NCBI GenBank assembly: GCA_050633245.1
Contig: JBOEGD010000030.1
Location: forward strand, 96,001-160,000
Length of the DNA: 64,000 nucleotides
Direction of reading: 5' to 3'
Origin: Calditrichia bacterium
Lineage (GTDB): Bacteria; Calditrichota; Calditrichia; RBG-13-44-9; J075
A model generated the notes under the pieces. It worked only from the letters and a program-made list of their open reading frames with translations. It was not told the origin of the DNA and did not search any database. Shown here piece by piece: positions 18,231-26,900 of this stretch (positions are counted from its first letter, which is position 1; every line of letters starts with the position of its first letter). Both the position numbers and the translations under genes were made by a program.

Positions 18231-19484
18231 CTACTCGTCGTATTTTTTGAACACTGCAATGGCATTGTGCCCACCAAAGCCAAAGGTATTACTCATAGCA
18301 ACGTTAATTGTCTTTTCCTTCTTTTTGCCAAGCGTCAGGTCAATCCTTGTCTCCATATCAGGGTCGAGAGTATGGTGATTAATCGTCGGTGGAACGACAT
18401 TGTCATGAATTGCCAGCACGGTTGCCATTCCTTCGATTGCTCCGGCAGCACCAAGTAAGTGTCCTGTCATAGATTTCGTTGCACTAACGTTGATCTTATC
18501 AACCGTCTCGGCAAAAACTTTCTCAATGGCCTTTACTTCACTGACGTCTCCAACCGGAGTAGCCGTCGCATGCGCATTAATATAGTCGACATCGTTTGGA
18601 TGCAACCCGGCATCGTCAAGCGCCGCATTCATGCCGAGCACCGCTCCCAATCCTTCCGGATGTGTCGAGGTAATATGATAGGCATCTGCTGCCATTCCTC
18701 CACCAACCACTTCTGCATAAATGGTTGCGCCTCGTGCTTTCGCGTGTTCCATTTCTTCCAGAATCAACGCCACGCCACCTTCACCGAGCACAAAACCGTC
18801 ACGGTCTTTGCAAAAAGGACGCGAGGCTGTTTTCGGATCATCGTTACGTTCAGACAAGGCGCGCATTGCACTAAATCCACCCATACCGCTTTCCGTAACG
18901 GCCGCTTCCGAGCCACCGGAGACAATAATATTTGCCTTACCGTAGCGAATAGCATTAAATCCATCGATTAGCGCATTTGTAGAGGATGCACAGGCTGAGA
19001 CCGTTGCATAATTGGGACCGCGGAAACCATTCTTAATGGAAATCATTCCCGCAGCCAGATCTACAATCAGGCGCGTAATAAAAAATGGCGTAAAGCGTGG
19101 CTTGCCATTATTCTTTGCGTGCTTATATACTTCTTCCTGAAAGGAAAATAATCCACCTACTCCGGAAGCCCAAATTACACCAACGCGATTTTTATCAATC
19201 TTTTCCAGGTCCAAACCAGAATCGTTGAGAGCCTCATCAGCAGCAATCATCGCATAATGAACGAAGAAATCATTCTTACGTGCTTCCTTGCGATCAAAAT
19301 AATTTAGCGGGTCGTAGTTTTTAACCTCGCAGGCAAAACGGGTTTTATATTGACTGGCATCGAAGCGGGTAATTTCCGCAGCACCGCTCTCACCTGCCTG
19401 CATAGCTTTCCACGTTTCCTGCCAGGTATTGCCTAACGGCGTAAGGGCGCCTAATCCCGTTACAGCAACTCGTTTTAATTCCAT
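18231..19484 (-). CDS. fabF: Beta-ketoacyl-ACP synthase II
   Basis: VSACASS, NAHATAT, TGHLLGAAG and NTFGFGGHNA motifs. Confidence 0.96.
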   Translation of the reverse strand: MELKRVAVTGLGALTPLGNTWQETWKAMQAGESGAAEITRFDASQYKTRFACEVKNYDPLNYFDRKEARKNDFFVHYAMIAADEALNDSGLDLEKIDKNRVGVIWASGVGGLFSFQEEVYKHAKNNGKPRFTPFFITRLIVDLAAGMISIKNGFRGPNYATVSACASSTNALIDGFNAIRYGKANIIVSGGSEAAVTESGMGGFSAMRALSERNDDPKTASRPFCKDRDGFVLGEGGVALILEEMEHAKARGATIYAEVVGGGMAADAYHITSTHPEGLGAVLGMNAALDDAGLHPNDVDYINAHATATPVGDVSEVKAIEKVFAETVDKINVSATKSMTGHLLGAAGAIEGMATVLAIHDNVVPPTINHHTLDPDMETRIDLTLGKKKEKTINVAMSNTFGFGGHNAIAVFKKYDE

Positions 19485-19716
19485 TGGAATTCTCCTGCAA
19501 TTGATCGCATTTTATATTTCTATTCTATAGTTATATCTTATTACTCAAACAAGCAGTGCAGAGCTTGCCTATAAATGCGTCTTAAACTACATTCCTCAAA
19601 TATGGTTGTGCAATCAAAAAAGAAAAACACTGTTCAGAAGTCAGAACAATTTTATTTTTTTACCTCTCTAATGCAAACGGGCAGCACTGATATCAATAAA
19701 ATCATGAGGTTGTGAA

Positions 19717-20241
19717 ATGACACCAGCACAAGAGTTATTAGCAGAGCTTATATTAGAAGCAGAGGTAACGCGCAGCTACCTGGAAAAGGTACCATTCAAC
19801 GAAGCCGACTTTCAACCACACAAGAAGTCTGAAAAGCTTGGACGACTTGCGATCCACGTGGCGGAAATAATAGGCTGGTGGAAAGAATGCGTTGCTCATG
19901 ATCATCTGGACTTTATAGATTTTGAGCCAGAGCAGATTAAAACAACATCAGAACTTTTGGCTTATTTTGATAAATTGCTCGGAGAAGCAAAGGAAACATT
20001 GAACAAGGCCACCGACGCAGACTTTGATAGGCAATGGTCAATGCGCTATGGCGACGAAGTTCTTTTTACTCTGCCTAAAAAACAGGTAATTCGAATCTTT
20101 TGCATGAATCACCTTATTCACCATCGCGCTCAGTTGGGCGTTTACCTGCGTCTCCTTGACATAGAGATCCCGGCAACCTATGGGCCTTCTGCTGATGATG
20201 AGAATGTGATTCTCGTTCAGGAGTTTTCAAAAAGAGTCTAG
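19717..20241 (+). CDS. DinB family protein
   Basis: LAIHVAE and NHLIHHRAQLGVYLR motifs. Confidence 0.9.
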   Translation: MTPAQELLAELILEAEVTRSYLEKVPFNEADFQPHKKSEKLGRLAIHVAEIIGWWKECVAHDHLDFIDFEPEQIKTTSELLAYFDKLLGEAKETLNKATDADFDRQWSMRYGDEVLFTLPKKQVIRIFCMNHLIHHRAQLGVYLRLLDIEIPATYGPSADDENVILVQEFSKRV

Positions 20242-20271
20242 TTCAACAACCAGATTTCAAGGAGAAAAACA

Positions 20272-20697
20272 TTGATTGTTCGCGAGATGACACTGGAAGA
20301 TGCTAAACAAACAACAAGCCTTGCCAACCAGCTCGGTTATAGTGTTCCGGAAGAATCCGTCACCGCGCACATCAAAGAGATCGCTGCGCACTCCGACCAT
20401 TTTATATTTGTTGCAATTCTGGACAATAGAGTAATCGGCTTTATTCACGGATGCCGGATGCTTCGACTCACCTCACTTCCGTTTTTGGAAATTTGCGGTC
20501 TTGTAGTCAGCATAGAACACCGCAGAGAAGGAATCGGTAAAAAGCTGGTTCGACATTTGGAAACATTTTCAGAAAACATGCCTGTACGCGTACGATGTAA
20601 TATCAAGCGGACATCTGCACATGAGTTTTATCAACACCTCGGCTATTCCGAGAAAAAAGAACAAAAAGTGTTCATCGCCCAAAGATCAGCAGGGTAA
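20272..20697 (+). CDS. GNAT N-acetyltransferase
   Basis: RREGIGKKL and AHEFYQHLGY motifs. Confidence 0.88.
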   Translation: MIVREMTLEDAKQTTSLANQLGYSVPEESVTAHIKEIAAHSDHFIFVAILDNRVIGFIHGCRMLRLTSLPFLEICGLVVSIEHRREGIGKKLVRHLETFSENMPVRVRCNIKRTSAHEFYQHLGYSEKKEQKVFIAQRSAG

Positions 20698-20730
20698 TCT
20701 TCTCATTCACCCAAAACAACGTTAAAGCCC

Positions 20731-21546
20731 GTGAAGCCAGCATCCGAACTAAGACAACTCTACACGCCAATTCAGCCGACGGTAAAACAGGCGGCCGAGA
20801 ACGTAACATATCGCGAATATCTTCCAAATGAAAAACTACAGTCTTTTATCTACTGCTACTGGGAACTGAAAACAACACGGGTTCTGAAAAAGAACTTCAA
20901 CTACCGGGTGGTGGCCGATGGCTGCATCGATATCTTCTTTGAGCTGAACAGACCTTCAGAGAACTTTGTCATGGGGTTTTGCAAAAAGTACACCGAGTTT
21001 TTGCTGGATAATTCATTCCATCACTTCGGCGTTCGCTTTCTTCCAACAATGTTTCCCCAATTCTTTACTGTCGACGCCTCTGAGCTTAGTAATCGCTACG
21101 AAGCACTGGAAATGGTTGCTCCTAAAACCGGGCATTATATTTCAACTATTCTTTCCGCAGAACAGAACGGTTCTCAAATCTGTAAGCTGCTGGATGCACA
21201 TTTCCTCAACATTCTTGCAGATATGGATTTCAATTCTGATTCCCGGCTTTATGAGGCGATCCATATTATTCTGCAAAAGTCTGGTGTATTAAATGTGCAA
21301 ACTGACTTAGATACCGGCATTAGTCCAAGACAGTTACGACGCCTCTTCAAATATTATATTGGGGATACTGCCAAGACATTTTCCAAAGTTGTTCGCTTTC
21401 AAAACATCCTTCGGGCAAAGCCTTCTACACAAAGCCTAAAAGAGAACAAGCTTTTCTTTGATGGTGGTTACTATGATCAAGCACATTTCATCAAAGAATT
21501 CAAAAACTTTTATGGCGTTACTCCCGGCAAAGCCTTTGGCAGATAA
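20731..21546 (+). CDS. AraC family transcriptional regulator
   Basis: ADGCIDI, SPRQLRRLF and GYYDQAHFIKEFK motifs. Confidence 0.9.
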   Translation: MKPASELRQLYTPIQPTVKQAAENVTYREYLPNEKLQSFIYCYWELKTTRVLKKNFNYRVVADGCIDIFFELNRPSENFVMGFCKKYTEFLLDNSFHHFGVRFLPTMFPQFFTVDASELSNRYEALEMVAPKTGHYISTILSAEQNGSQICKLLDAHFLNILADMDFNSDSRLYEAIHIILQKSGVLNVQTDLDTGISPRQLRRLFKYYIGDTAKTFSKVVRFQNILRAKPSTQSLKENKLFFDGGYYDQAHFIKEFKNFYGVTPGKAFGR

Positions 21547-21624
21547 GAATGTCCGTTTTATACAATACTTCGCGACTTCCAATAAGTATGTTTATCTAAA
21601 CACTAAAACAAAAGGGAGTATCTT

Positions 21625-22005
21625 ATGAAGTTAAATGCAGGCGTTCTTACCGAAAAAATTGCTGAGAGCAAAGAGTTTTATACGAGTAAATTAGGATTTG
21701 GTGTAACGTTTGAGAATGAGTTTTATTTACTTCTTCATACACCAGACAGATCTGCTGAAATCAGTTTTCTTCTACCAAACCACCCGTCGCAACAGCCCTT
21801 CTTCCACAAGCCGTTTACCGGTGAGGGAATGTATTTGACAATTGAAGTCGAGGATGTTGATTCGATCTACCAAGACATAAAAAGTAAGGATGTTGATATA
21901 AAGGTTGAAATTCGCGATGAGCCCTGGGGAGACCGACACTTTGCTATCCAGGACCCCAACGGCATTGGAATCGACATTGTAAAGTATTCTCCGCCCGAAA
22001 GCTAA
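21625..22005 (+). CDS. VOC/glyoxalase family protein
   Basis: EPWGDRHFAIQDPNG motif. Confidence 0.9.
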   Translation: MKLNAGVLTEKIAESKEFYTSKLGFGVTFENEFYLLLHTPDRSAEISFLLPNHPSQQPFFHKPFTGEGMYLTIEVEDVDSIYQDIKSKDVDIKVEIRDEPWGDRHFAIQDPNGIGIDIVKYSPPES

Positions 22006-22019
22006 ACAACTCGGGCTAA

Positions 22020-22133
22020 GAGAGCTTAGATTATTTTGCAATCTTTTACAAACGCGCTGCAATCATCATCCCCGGACATGGCAAAGTTGGGGATCAGAGC
22101 CTTTTGGAATACACCGGAAACATGTTTAAATAA
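22020..22133 (+). pseudogene. 3' remnant of a subclass B1-like metallo-beta-lactamase-fold gene
   Basis: Manual translation KRAAIIIPGHGKVGDQSLLEYTGNMFK*; no start or N-terminal part present. Confidence 0.55.
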
Positions 22134-22194
22134 TAAGCAGTAGAACGAGACTAATAGAATTATTCTAAAAGAATCCGAGGTGGAGTAGAAATTT

Positions 22195-22305
22195 ATGGCA
22201 GAATCTATTTATCCGTGTCTGTGGTTTAACGGCAAGGCCAAAGAAGCAGCTGAATTCTATGGAGCCATCTTCCGAGACAAAGGCGGCTTTAGCGGAATTC
22301 TTTAA
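22195..22305 (+). pseudogene. 5' remnant of a PhnB/3-demethylubiquinone-9 methyltransferase-like VOC gene
   Basis: RBS GAGGTGGAG, then MAESIYPCLWFNGKAKEAAEFYGAIFRD, terminating after 36 aa. Confidence 0.65.
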
Positions 22306-22570
22306 TTGGGACAATCCCGGTTTTAAGAAAATCGAAGTTCAAGCTCTAATTATTACAGAGCAGATTATTGATGGAAAAAAAGTCACCACCAAAGGTTACT
22401 TCACTCCATTTAAATGGGGAGAAGCTCGTTTCGAGACAATGCACTTCACGACGCTATTAACGTTCAATGAGCAGGGAAAAATTATTAAACAAGTAGACTG
22501 GATAAACTACCCAACGACCCTGCTGGACTATAATAAGAGAAAAAACTCCAATGAAGATATTGCAAATTGA
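22259..22570 (+). pseudogene. C-terminal part of an NTF2/SnoaL-like protein
   Basis: FTTLLTFNEQGKIIKQVDWINY; N-terminus is replaced by the PhnB-like fragment. Confidence 0.55.
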
Positions 22571-22582
22571 TTGGGTGCATCC

Positions 22583-23563
22583 ATGTCCCTTATAATTACC
22601 AACGGCGACAGCGCCGTACATCGTCTAAGAGCCTCCGGTTTTAGCGCCGAGATACTCCCCTGGCGGGATATTCTGCATGACGGCCCGGTGCCGAAAGACC
22701 TAACGCTTTCGGAACTTTCGAAGGTTCGCGCACTATTTATTGCTGAAATCAACCTGGGCGATTTTAGTGAGATCAGACAATCGTTCCAGCACCGCGATGC
22801 GATCGTGCAAAACCTGGACAAGTTTGAAGAAGTTATTCTTTGCTTCGAACACGACCTCTACGATCAGCTTCAGCTTCTGCAACTTCTAGACTGGTTATAT
22901 CACCATCCATCGCCAAATCAAAAGAGAACACTCATTTGTGAGGAAGAGTTTCTCGGTGAAATGTCCGTTGAACGTTTAAAAGAACTATACGCCAATCGCT
23001 CCAAGATTACAGATATACAGTTAGAGACAGCGAAACTCGGTTGGCAGGCATTTCGTTCAGACAATCCTGCAGAGTTAAACGAACTGATAATACAACCTCA
23101 TCCCGAACTGCCCTTTCTCAACAATGCGCTCATCCGTCTCATCGAAGAATATCCTTCCAGTCAAAATGGACTCGCCCGCAACGAAAACCAAATCTGTACG
23201 CTCATTTCAAATGGCGTCACGCAACCGGTCGAGCTTTTTCAAAAAGTGCAGGTCATGGAGGAAGCCAAATATCTTGGGGACTGGTCTTTTTGGCGCTATA
23301 TACAGAATTTGGCAAACACCGAGAATCCGCTAATTGCTACGCAGAATAATACCCCCTTCTGTTTTCCTCAGGAACCATTTCCCGATAAAGCCTTCAACTT
23401 GCAGGAGCTACAGCTGACAGAGCTTGGGGAAGACGTTCTGGCTGGGAAAGAAGATCGAGTCACGGTATGCGGTATCGACAAGTGGATTGGCGGAGTTCAT
23501 TTGACGACAAAGAACGATTGGCGTTGGGATAAACAAAAGACGGCAATGAAAAGACGGCAATGA
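22583..23563 (+). CDS. DUF1835-like protein
   Basis: ITNGDSA, WRDILHDGPV and FEHDLYDQLQL motifs. Confidence 0.75.
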   Translation: MSLIITNGDSAVHRLRASGFSAEILPWRDILHDGPVPKDLTLSELSKVRALFIAEINLGDFSEIRQSFQHRDAIVQNLDKFEEVILCFEHDLYDQLQLLQLLDWLYHHPSPNQKRTLICEEEFLGEMSVERLKELYANRSKITDIQLETAKLGWQAFRSDNPAELNELIIQPHPELPFLNNALIRLIEEYPSSQNGLARNENQICTLISNGVTQPVELFQKVQVMEEAKYLGDWSFWRYIQNLANTENPLIATQNNTPFCFPQEPFPDKAFNLQELQLTELGEDVLAGKEDRVTVCGIDKWIGGVHLTTKNDWRWDKQKTAMKRRQ

Positions 23564-23575
23564 AAAGACGGCAAA
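23538..23575. repeat. 14-nt tandem repeat (GACGGCAATGAAAA) x ~3
   Basis: Visible; relatives at 32440-32490, 33176-33200 and, inverted, at 54603-54660. Confidence 0.85.
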
Positions 23576-23580
23576 TTCAT

Positions 23581-23608
23581 TTGACTCTTAATAAATATTG
23601 AATATATT
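23581..23608 (+). promoter_or_regulatory. Sigma70-like promoter
   Basis: TTGACT-N16-TATATT upstream of the leader ORF. Confidence 0.55.
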
Positions 23609-23622
23609 CATTGAACACAGAC

Positions 23623-23685
23623 ATGCAACCTTGTGTTGCGCACCTGCTTTCTAACTTTAAGGAAGACCATCGGGGAAACAGGTGA
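23623..23685 (+). CDS. Putative leader peptide MQPCVAHLLSNFKEDHRGNR
   Basis: 20-codon ORF between promoter and attenuator hairpin. No clear SD; it starts close to the predicted TSS. Confidence 0.5.
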   Translation: MQPCVAHLLSNFKEDHRGNR

Positions 23686-23695
23686 ATTCTTACGG

Positions 23696-23750
23696 AAAAC
23701 CTCCGTATACCTTAAATCAATTTAATTGATAGGGTGTGCGGAGGTTTTTT
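23696..23750 (+). terminator. Leader terminator (attenuator)
   Basis: AAAACCTCCGTATACCTTA...TAGGGTGTGCGGAGGTTTTTT long stem with G-U pairs and a U tract, ending about 20 nt before the operon ATG. Confidence 0.8.
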
Positions 23751-23769
23751 AGTTCTACCGAGGAGAAAA

Positions 23770-24735
23770 ATGATTACACGCAGCGATATCACCAACACGT
23801 ACCGGTACATTAAAGACGATATCTACAAAACACCGCTGGTTCTTTCCCGTAAGCTAAGCGAGCTTTCTGGTGCCAATGTCTATCTGAAGATGGAGCAGCT
23901 GCAACACAGTGGCTCGTTCAAAATTCGCGGGGTCTTAAGCAAATTTCATACAATTAAGAAAGCCGATTTTAACAAACCATTTGTCGCAGCATCAACCGGC
24001 AACCACGGCGCGGCATTTTGTCATGCAGCAGACAAGCTCAATGTTAAAGGCGTTCTCTTCCTCCCGGAAGATACCAGCCCGGCAAAAGTACAGGCTCTGG
24101 AGGGCTCTGATGTAGAGATTATCTTCCACGGAGCAAACTGCATGGATGCCGAATCAAAAGCCGGCACGTATGCCAAGGAAGTAAACGGAATCCTCATCCA
24201 CCCCTATAATGATCTGGAAATAATAAAAGGGCAGGGCACAATAGGCCTCGAAATTGCCGAACAGCTGCCAGAAGTGAATACCATTCTGGCACCAATTGGC
24301 GGAGGAGGTCTTATTGGAGGAATTGCATCATATTTCAAAGATCTTCCGGATATCGATGTTGTTGGATGCCAACCGACAAACGCGGCGGAGATGTATCATT
24401 CGATAAAGGCAGGGCATATCGTACCACCAAGTACGCTGCACACAATATCCGATGCAACAGCTGGTGGGATCGAAGAGAAGTCGATCACCTTCGACATATG
24501 TAATAAGCTGCTCGATGGAATTGAACTCATTGATGAAGAAGACATTAAAAAGGCGCTGGCTTTCATTGTAAAATATCATCAAACGCTGATTGAACCCGCC
24601 TGCGCTATGCCTGTAGCGGCACTCCTCAACTCAAAACGCTATGCGGGAACAAATATCGTTTTGGTGCTCACCGGAAAGAAAGTCAACATCACCTTACTAA
24701 AAGAGATTTTAAATGCCTATTCCGATTGTTATTGA
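23770..24735 (+). CDS. PLP-dependent threonine/serine dehydratase (EutB-like)
   Basis: SGSFKIRG, ASTGNHG and PIGGGGL motifs; RBS GAGGAG before ATG 23770. Confidence 0.9.
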   Translation: MITRSDITNTYRYIKDDIYKTPLVLSRKLSELSGANVYLKMEQLQHSGSFKIRGVLSKFHTIKKADFNKPFVAASTGNHGAAFCHAADKLNVKGVLFLPEDTSPAKVQALEGSDVEIIFHGANCMDAESKAGTYAKEVNGILIHPYNDLEIIKGQGTIGLEIAEQLPEVNTILAPIGGGGLIGGIASYFKDLPDIDVVGCQPTNAAEMYHSIKAGHIVPPSTLHTISDATAGGIEEKSITFDICNKLLDGIELIDEEDIKKALAFIVKYHQTLIEPACAMPVAALLNSKRYAGTNIVLVLTGKKVNITLLKEILNAYSDCY

Positions 24736-25666
24736 CAAACAAGAAATCATCTCTGCTCTCGAGAGTATCGACATAATCTCCGCGATGCAAGCCGGTTTCA
24801 TTGCCTACAGCAATGGACAAGCAGTCGTTCCTCCAGTTGGCGAATTACTCTTCGAGCAACCAAAGGGTGAAGCGCATATCAAATACGGGTATATCAAAAG
24901 CGAGCCGTATTACGTCATTAAAATTGCCTCCGGCTTTTATGACAATCCACAGATGGGTCTTTCCTCCAGCCAGGGTTTAATGCTTCTCTTTAGTCAGCAA
25001 ACCGGACAGGCTATTGCCATTTTGCTCGATGAAGGTCATTTAACAGACGTGCGCACAGCAGCAGCCGGCGCACTGGCAGCAAAATACTTCGCTCCAAACG
25101 AGGTAAATGCTATCGGTATTCTCGGAACCGGCATACAGGCCAGATTTCAGTTGGAATATCTTCAACACGTCAGGCCATGCAAAAATGTTTGGATTTGGGG
25201 AAGAACGCCAGAGAATGTTCAAAAGCTTAAAGTAGATTTGAATAAGGATTTCGATATCCAGATCGCGGGTAGCCCGGCAGAAGTTGCACATCATGCCAAC
25301 CTAATTGTCACAACAACGCCATCCGGAACACCACTATTAAAAGCGGATGATATTCGTCCCGGTACTCATATAACAGCTGTTGGATCAGACACATCGACAA
25401 AACAGGAATTGCAAAGTGAGATCCTGGAAAGAGCAGACCTGGTTATTGCTGATAGTATCCCACAATCAAAAAGTCGCGGCGAAATATTCCGCGCTCTAAA
25501 AGCAGGTGTTTTGTTAGATGAAAACATCACTGAGCTCGGTATCGCCCTGCAAAACAATACTCTACGACGAACCAATGAAACGCAAATCAGCATCGTCGAT
25601 TTAACCGGCGTGGCAGTGCAAGACATAATGATCGCCAGCGCGGTGTATAACGCATTTAAGAGATAG
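24713..25666 (+). CDS. Ornithine cyclodeaminase/mu-crystallin family protein
   Basis: LTDVRTAAAG, GTGIQA and DLTGVAVQD motifs. Confidence 0.92.
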   Translation: MPIPIVIDKQEIISALESIDIISAMQAGFIAYSNGQAVVPPVGELLFEQPKGEAHIKYGYIKSEPYYVIKIASGFYDNPQMGLSSSQGLMLLFSQQTGQAIAILLDEGHLTDVRTAAAGALAAKYFAPNEVNAIGILGTGIQARFQLEYLQHVRPCKNVWIWGRTPENVQKLKVDLNKDFDIQIAGSPAEVAHHANLIVTTTPSGTPLLKADDIRPGTHITAVGSDTSTKQELQSEILERADLVIADSIPQSKSRGEIFRALKAGVLLDENITELGIALQNNTLRRTNETQISIVDLTGVAVQDIMIASAVYNAFKR

Positions 25667-25677
25667 GAGAAAAAATC

Positions 25678-26796
25678 ATGAACATTCGCATCTTTGAACT
25701 GGAACGCGTCCAATCGCTCTATGAAAACACCGTTGACTACAATCTTACTGAAAGCGGCTTTCATCCATATACGCTCAGCGAGTTGCTTACAAAGAACCAG
25801 CTGGATGAGCTGAACAACACCGTTTTGGGATATGGGCAAACGAATGGCTCCATTCCGCTGCGCCGGCGAATTGCTGCCATGTATAATGGTGCAACAGAAG
25901 ACCATGTTCTGGTAACAAACGGCTCTGCGGAAGCCAATTTTATTGCCTGTCATAGCCTGCTGGAAAAAGGCGATGAAGTGGTTATGATGGTTCCCAACTA
26001 TATGCAGATCTGGGGAATCGCCGAAGAGATGGGATGCATACCCAAAGCCTGGCATTTGCGGGAAGAGAATAAGTGGGCTCCTGATTTAGATGAATTACGT
26101 TCGCTGGTTACGTCCAAAACAAAAATGATTGCTGTTTGCAATCCAAACAACCCAACCGGTTATACGCTTACTACTGCGGAGATGCAGGAAATTATCGATA
26201 TTGCAGAATCGGTCGGCGCCTGGGTATATGGTGATGAGGTGTATCGCGGTGCGGAACTAAACGGACAAACAATCCAAAGCTTCTTTGGCAAGTACGACAA
26301 AGTACTGGTCAACGGCGGACTTTCGAAAGCCTATGCCTTGCCGGGTCTGCGCCTGGGTTGGCTGGTTGGCCCGGAGAAAACTATTTCGGATACCTGGGCC
26401 TATAGCGACTACACCTCAATAACCGCTGGAATTATGAGTCATTATATTGGTGAAATAGCCCTCCGCCCACAAAAGCGCATGGAAATTTTAACCCGCAACC
26501 GAACTATGCTAAACGAAAATTTGATTGCGGTAAAGCAGTGGCTCGATCAATACGGCAGCCTATTTGAATATGTTGAGCCAAAGGCGGGCGGCATGTTTTT
26601 CATAAAATATCATCTGGATATTAATTCGACCGAACTGGCAGAATGGCTACGCACTGAGAAGAGTGTTTTTATCGTGGCGGGCGATTGCTATGGAATGGAT
26701 TATCATTTTAGAATCGGTATTGGTGAGCGCAAGGAGTATATTCTGGCAGGATTGGAAAGAATTAAACAGGCGTTAAAAGAGCGGTTTAATCTGTAG
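25678..26796 (+). CDS. Class I/II PLP-dependent aminotransferase
   Basis: NPNNPTG, DEVY and SKAYALPGLRLGW motifs. Confidence 0.92.
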   Translation: MNIRIFELERVQSLYENTVDYNLTESGFHPYTLSELLTKNQLDELNNTVLGYGQTNGSIPLRRRIAAMYNGATEDHVLVTNGSAEANFIACHSLLEKGDEVVMMVPNYMQIWGIAEEMGCIPKAWHLREENKWAPDLDELRSLVTSKTKMIAVCNPNNPTGYTLTTAEMQEIIDIAESVGAWVYGDEVYRGAELNGQTIQSFFGKYDKVLVNGGLSKAYALPGLRLGWLVGPEKTISDTWAYSDYTSITAGIMSHYIGEIALRPQKRMEILTRNRTMLNENLIAVKQWLDQYGSLFEYVEPKAGGMFFIKYHLDINSTELAEWLRTEKSVFIVAGDCYGMDYHFRIGIGERKEYILAGLERIKQALKERFNL

Positions 26797-26900
26797 CGAA
26801 ATACACAGGGCTCAGGTGGAAAAGTTAAGGTAACTTTCGATCTCGTCTTTCGTATTTTCAGGCAGACATCTTTCTACATCAAACCCGGATTTTTCTTCGT

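Noticed and set aside
25366-26055. 229-aa antisense ORF and other shadow ORFs (e.g. 4187..4759, 18459..18971, 49433..49954)
   Set aside because: They overlap well-supported genes and show no recognisable motifs.
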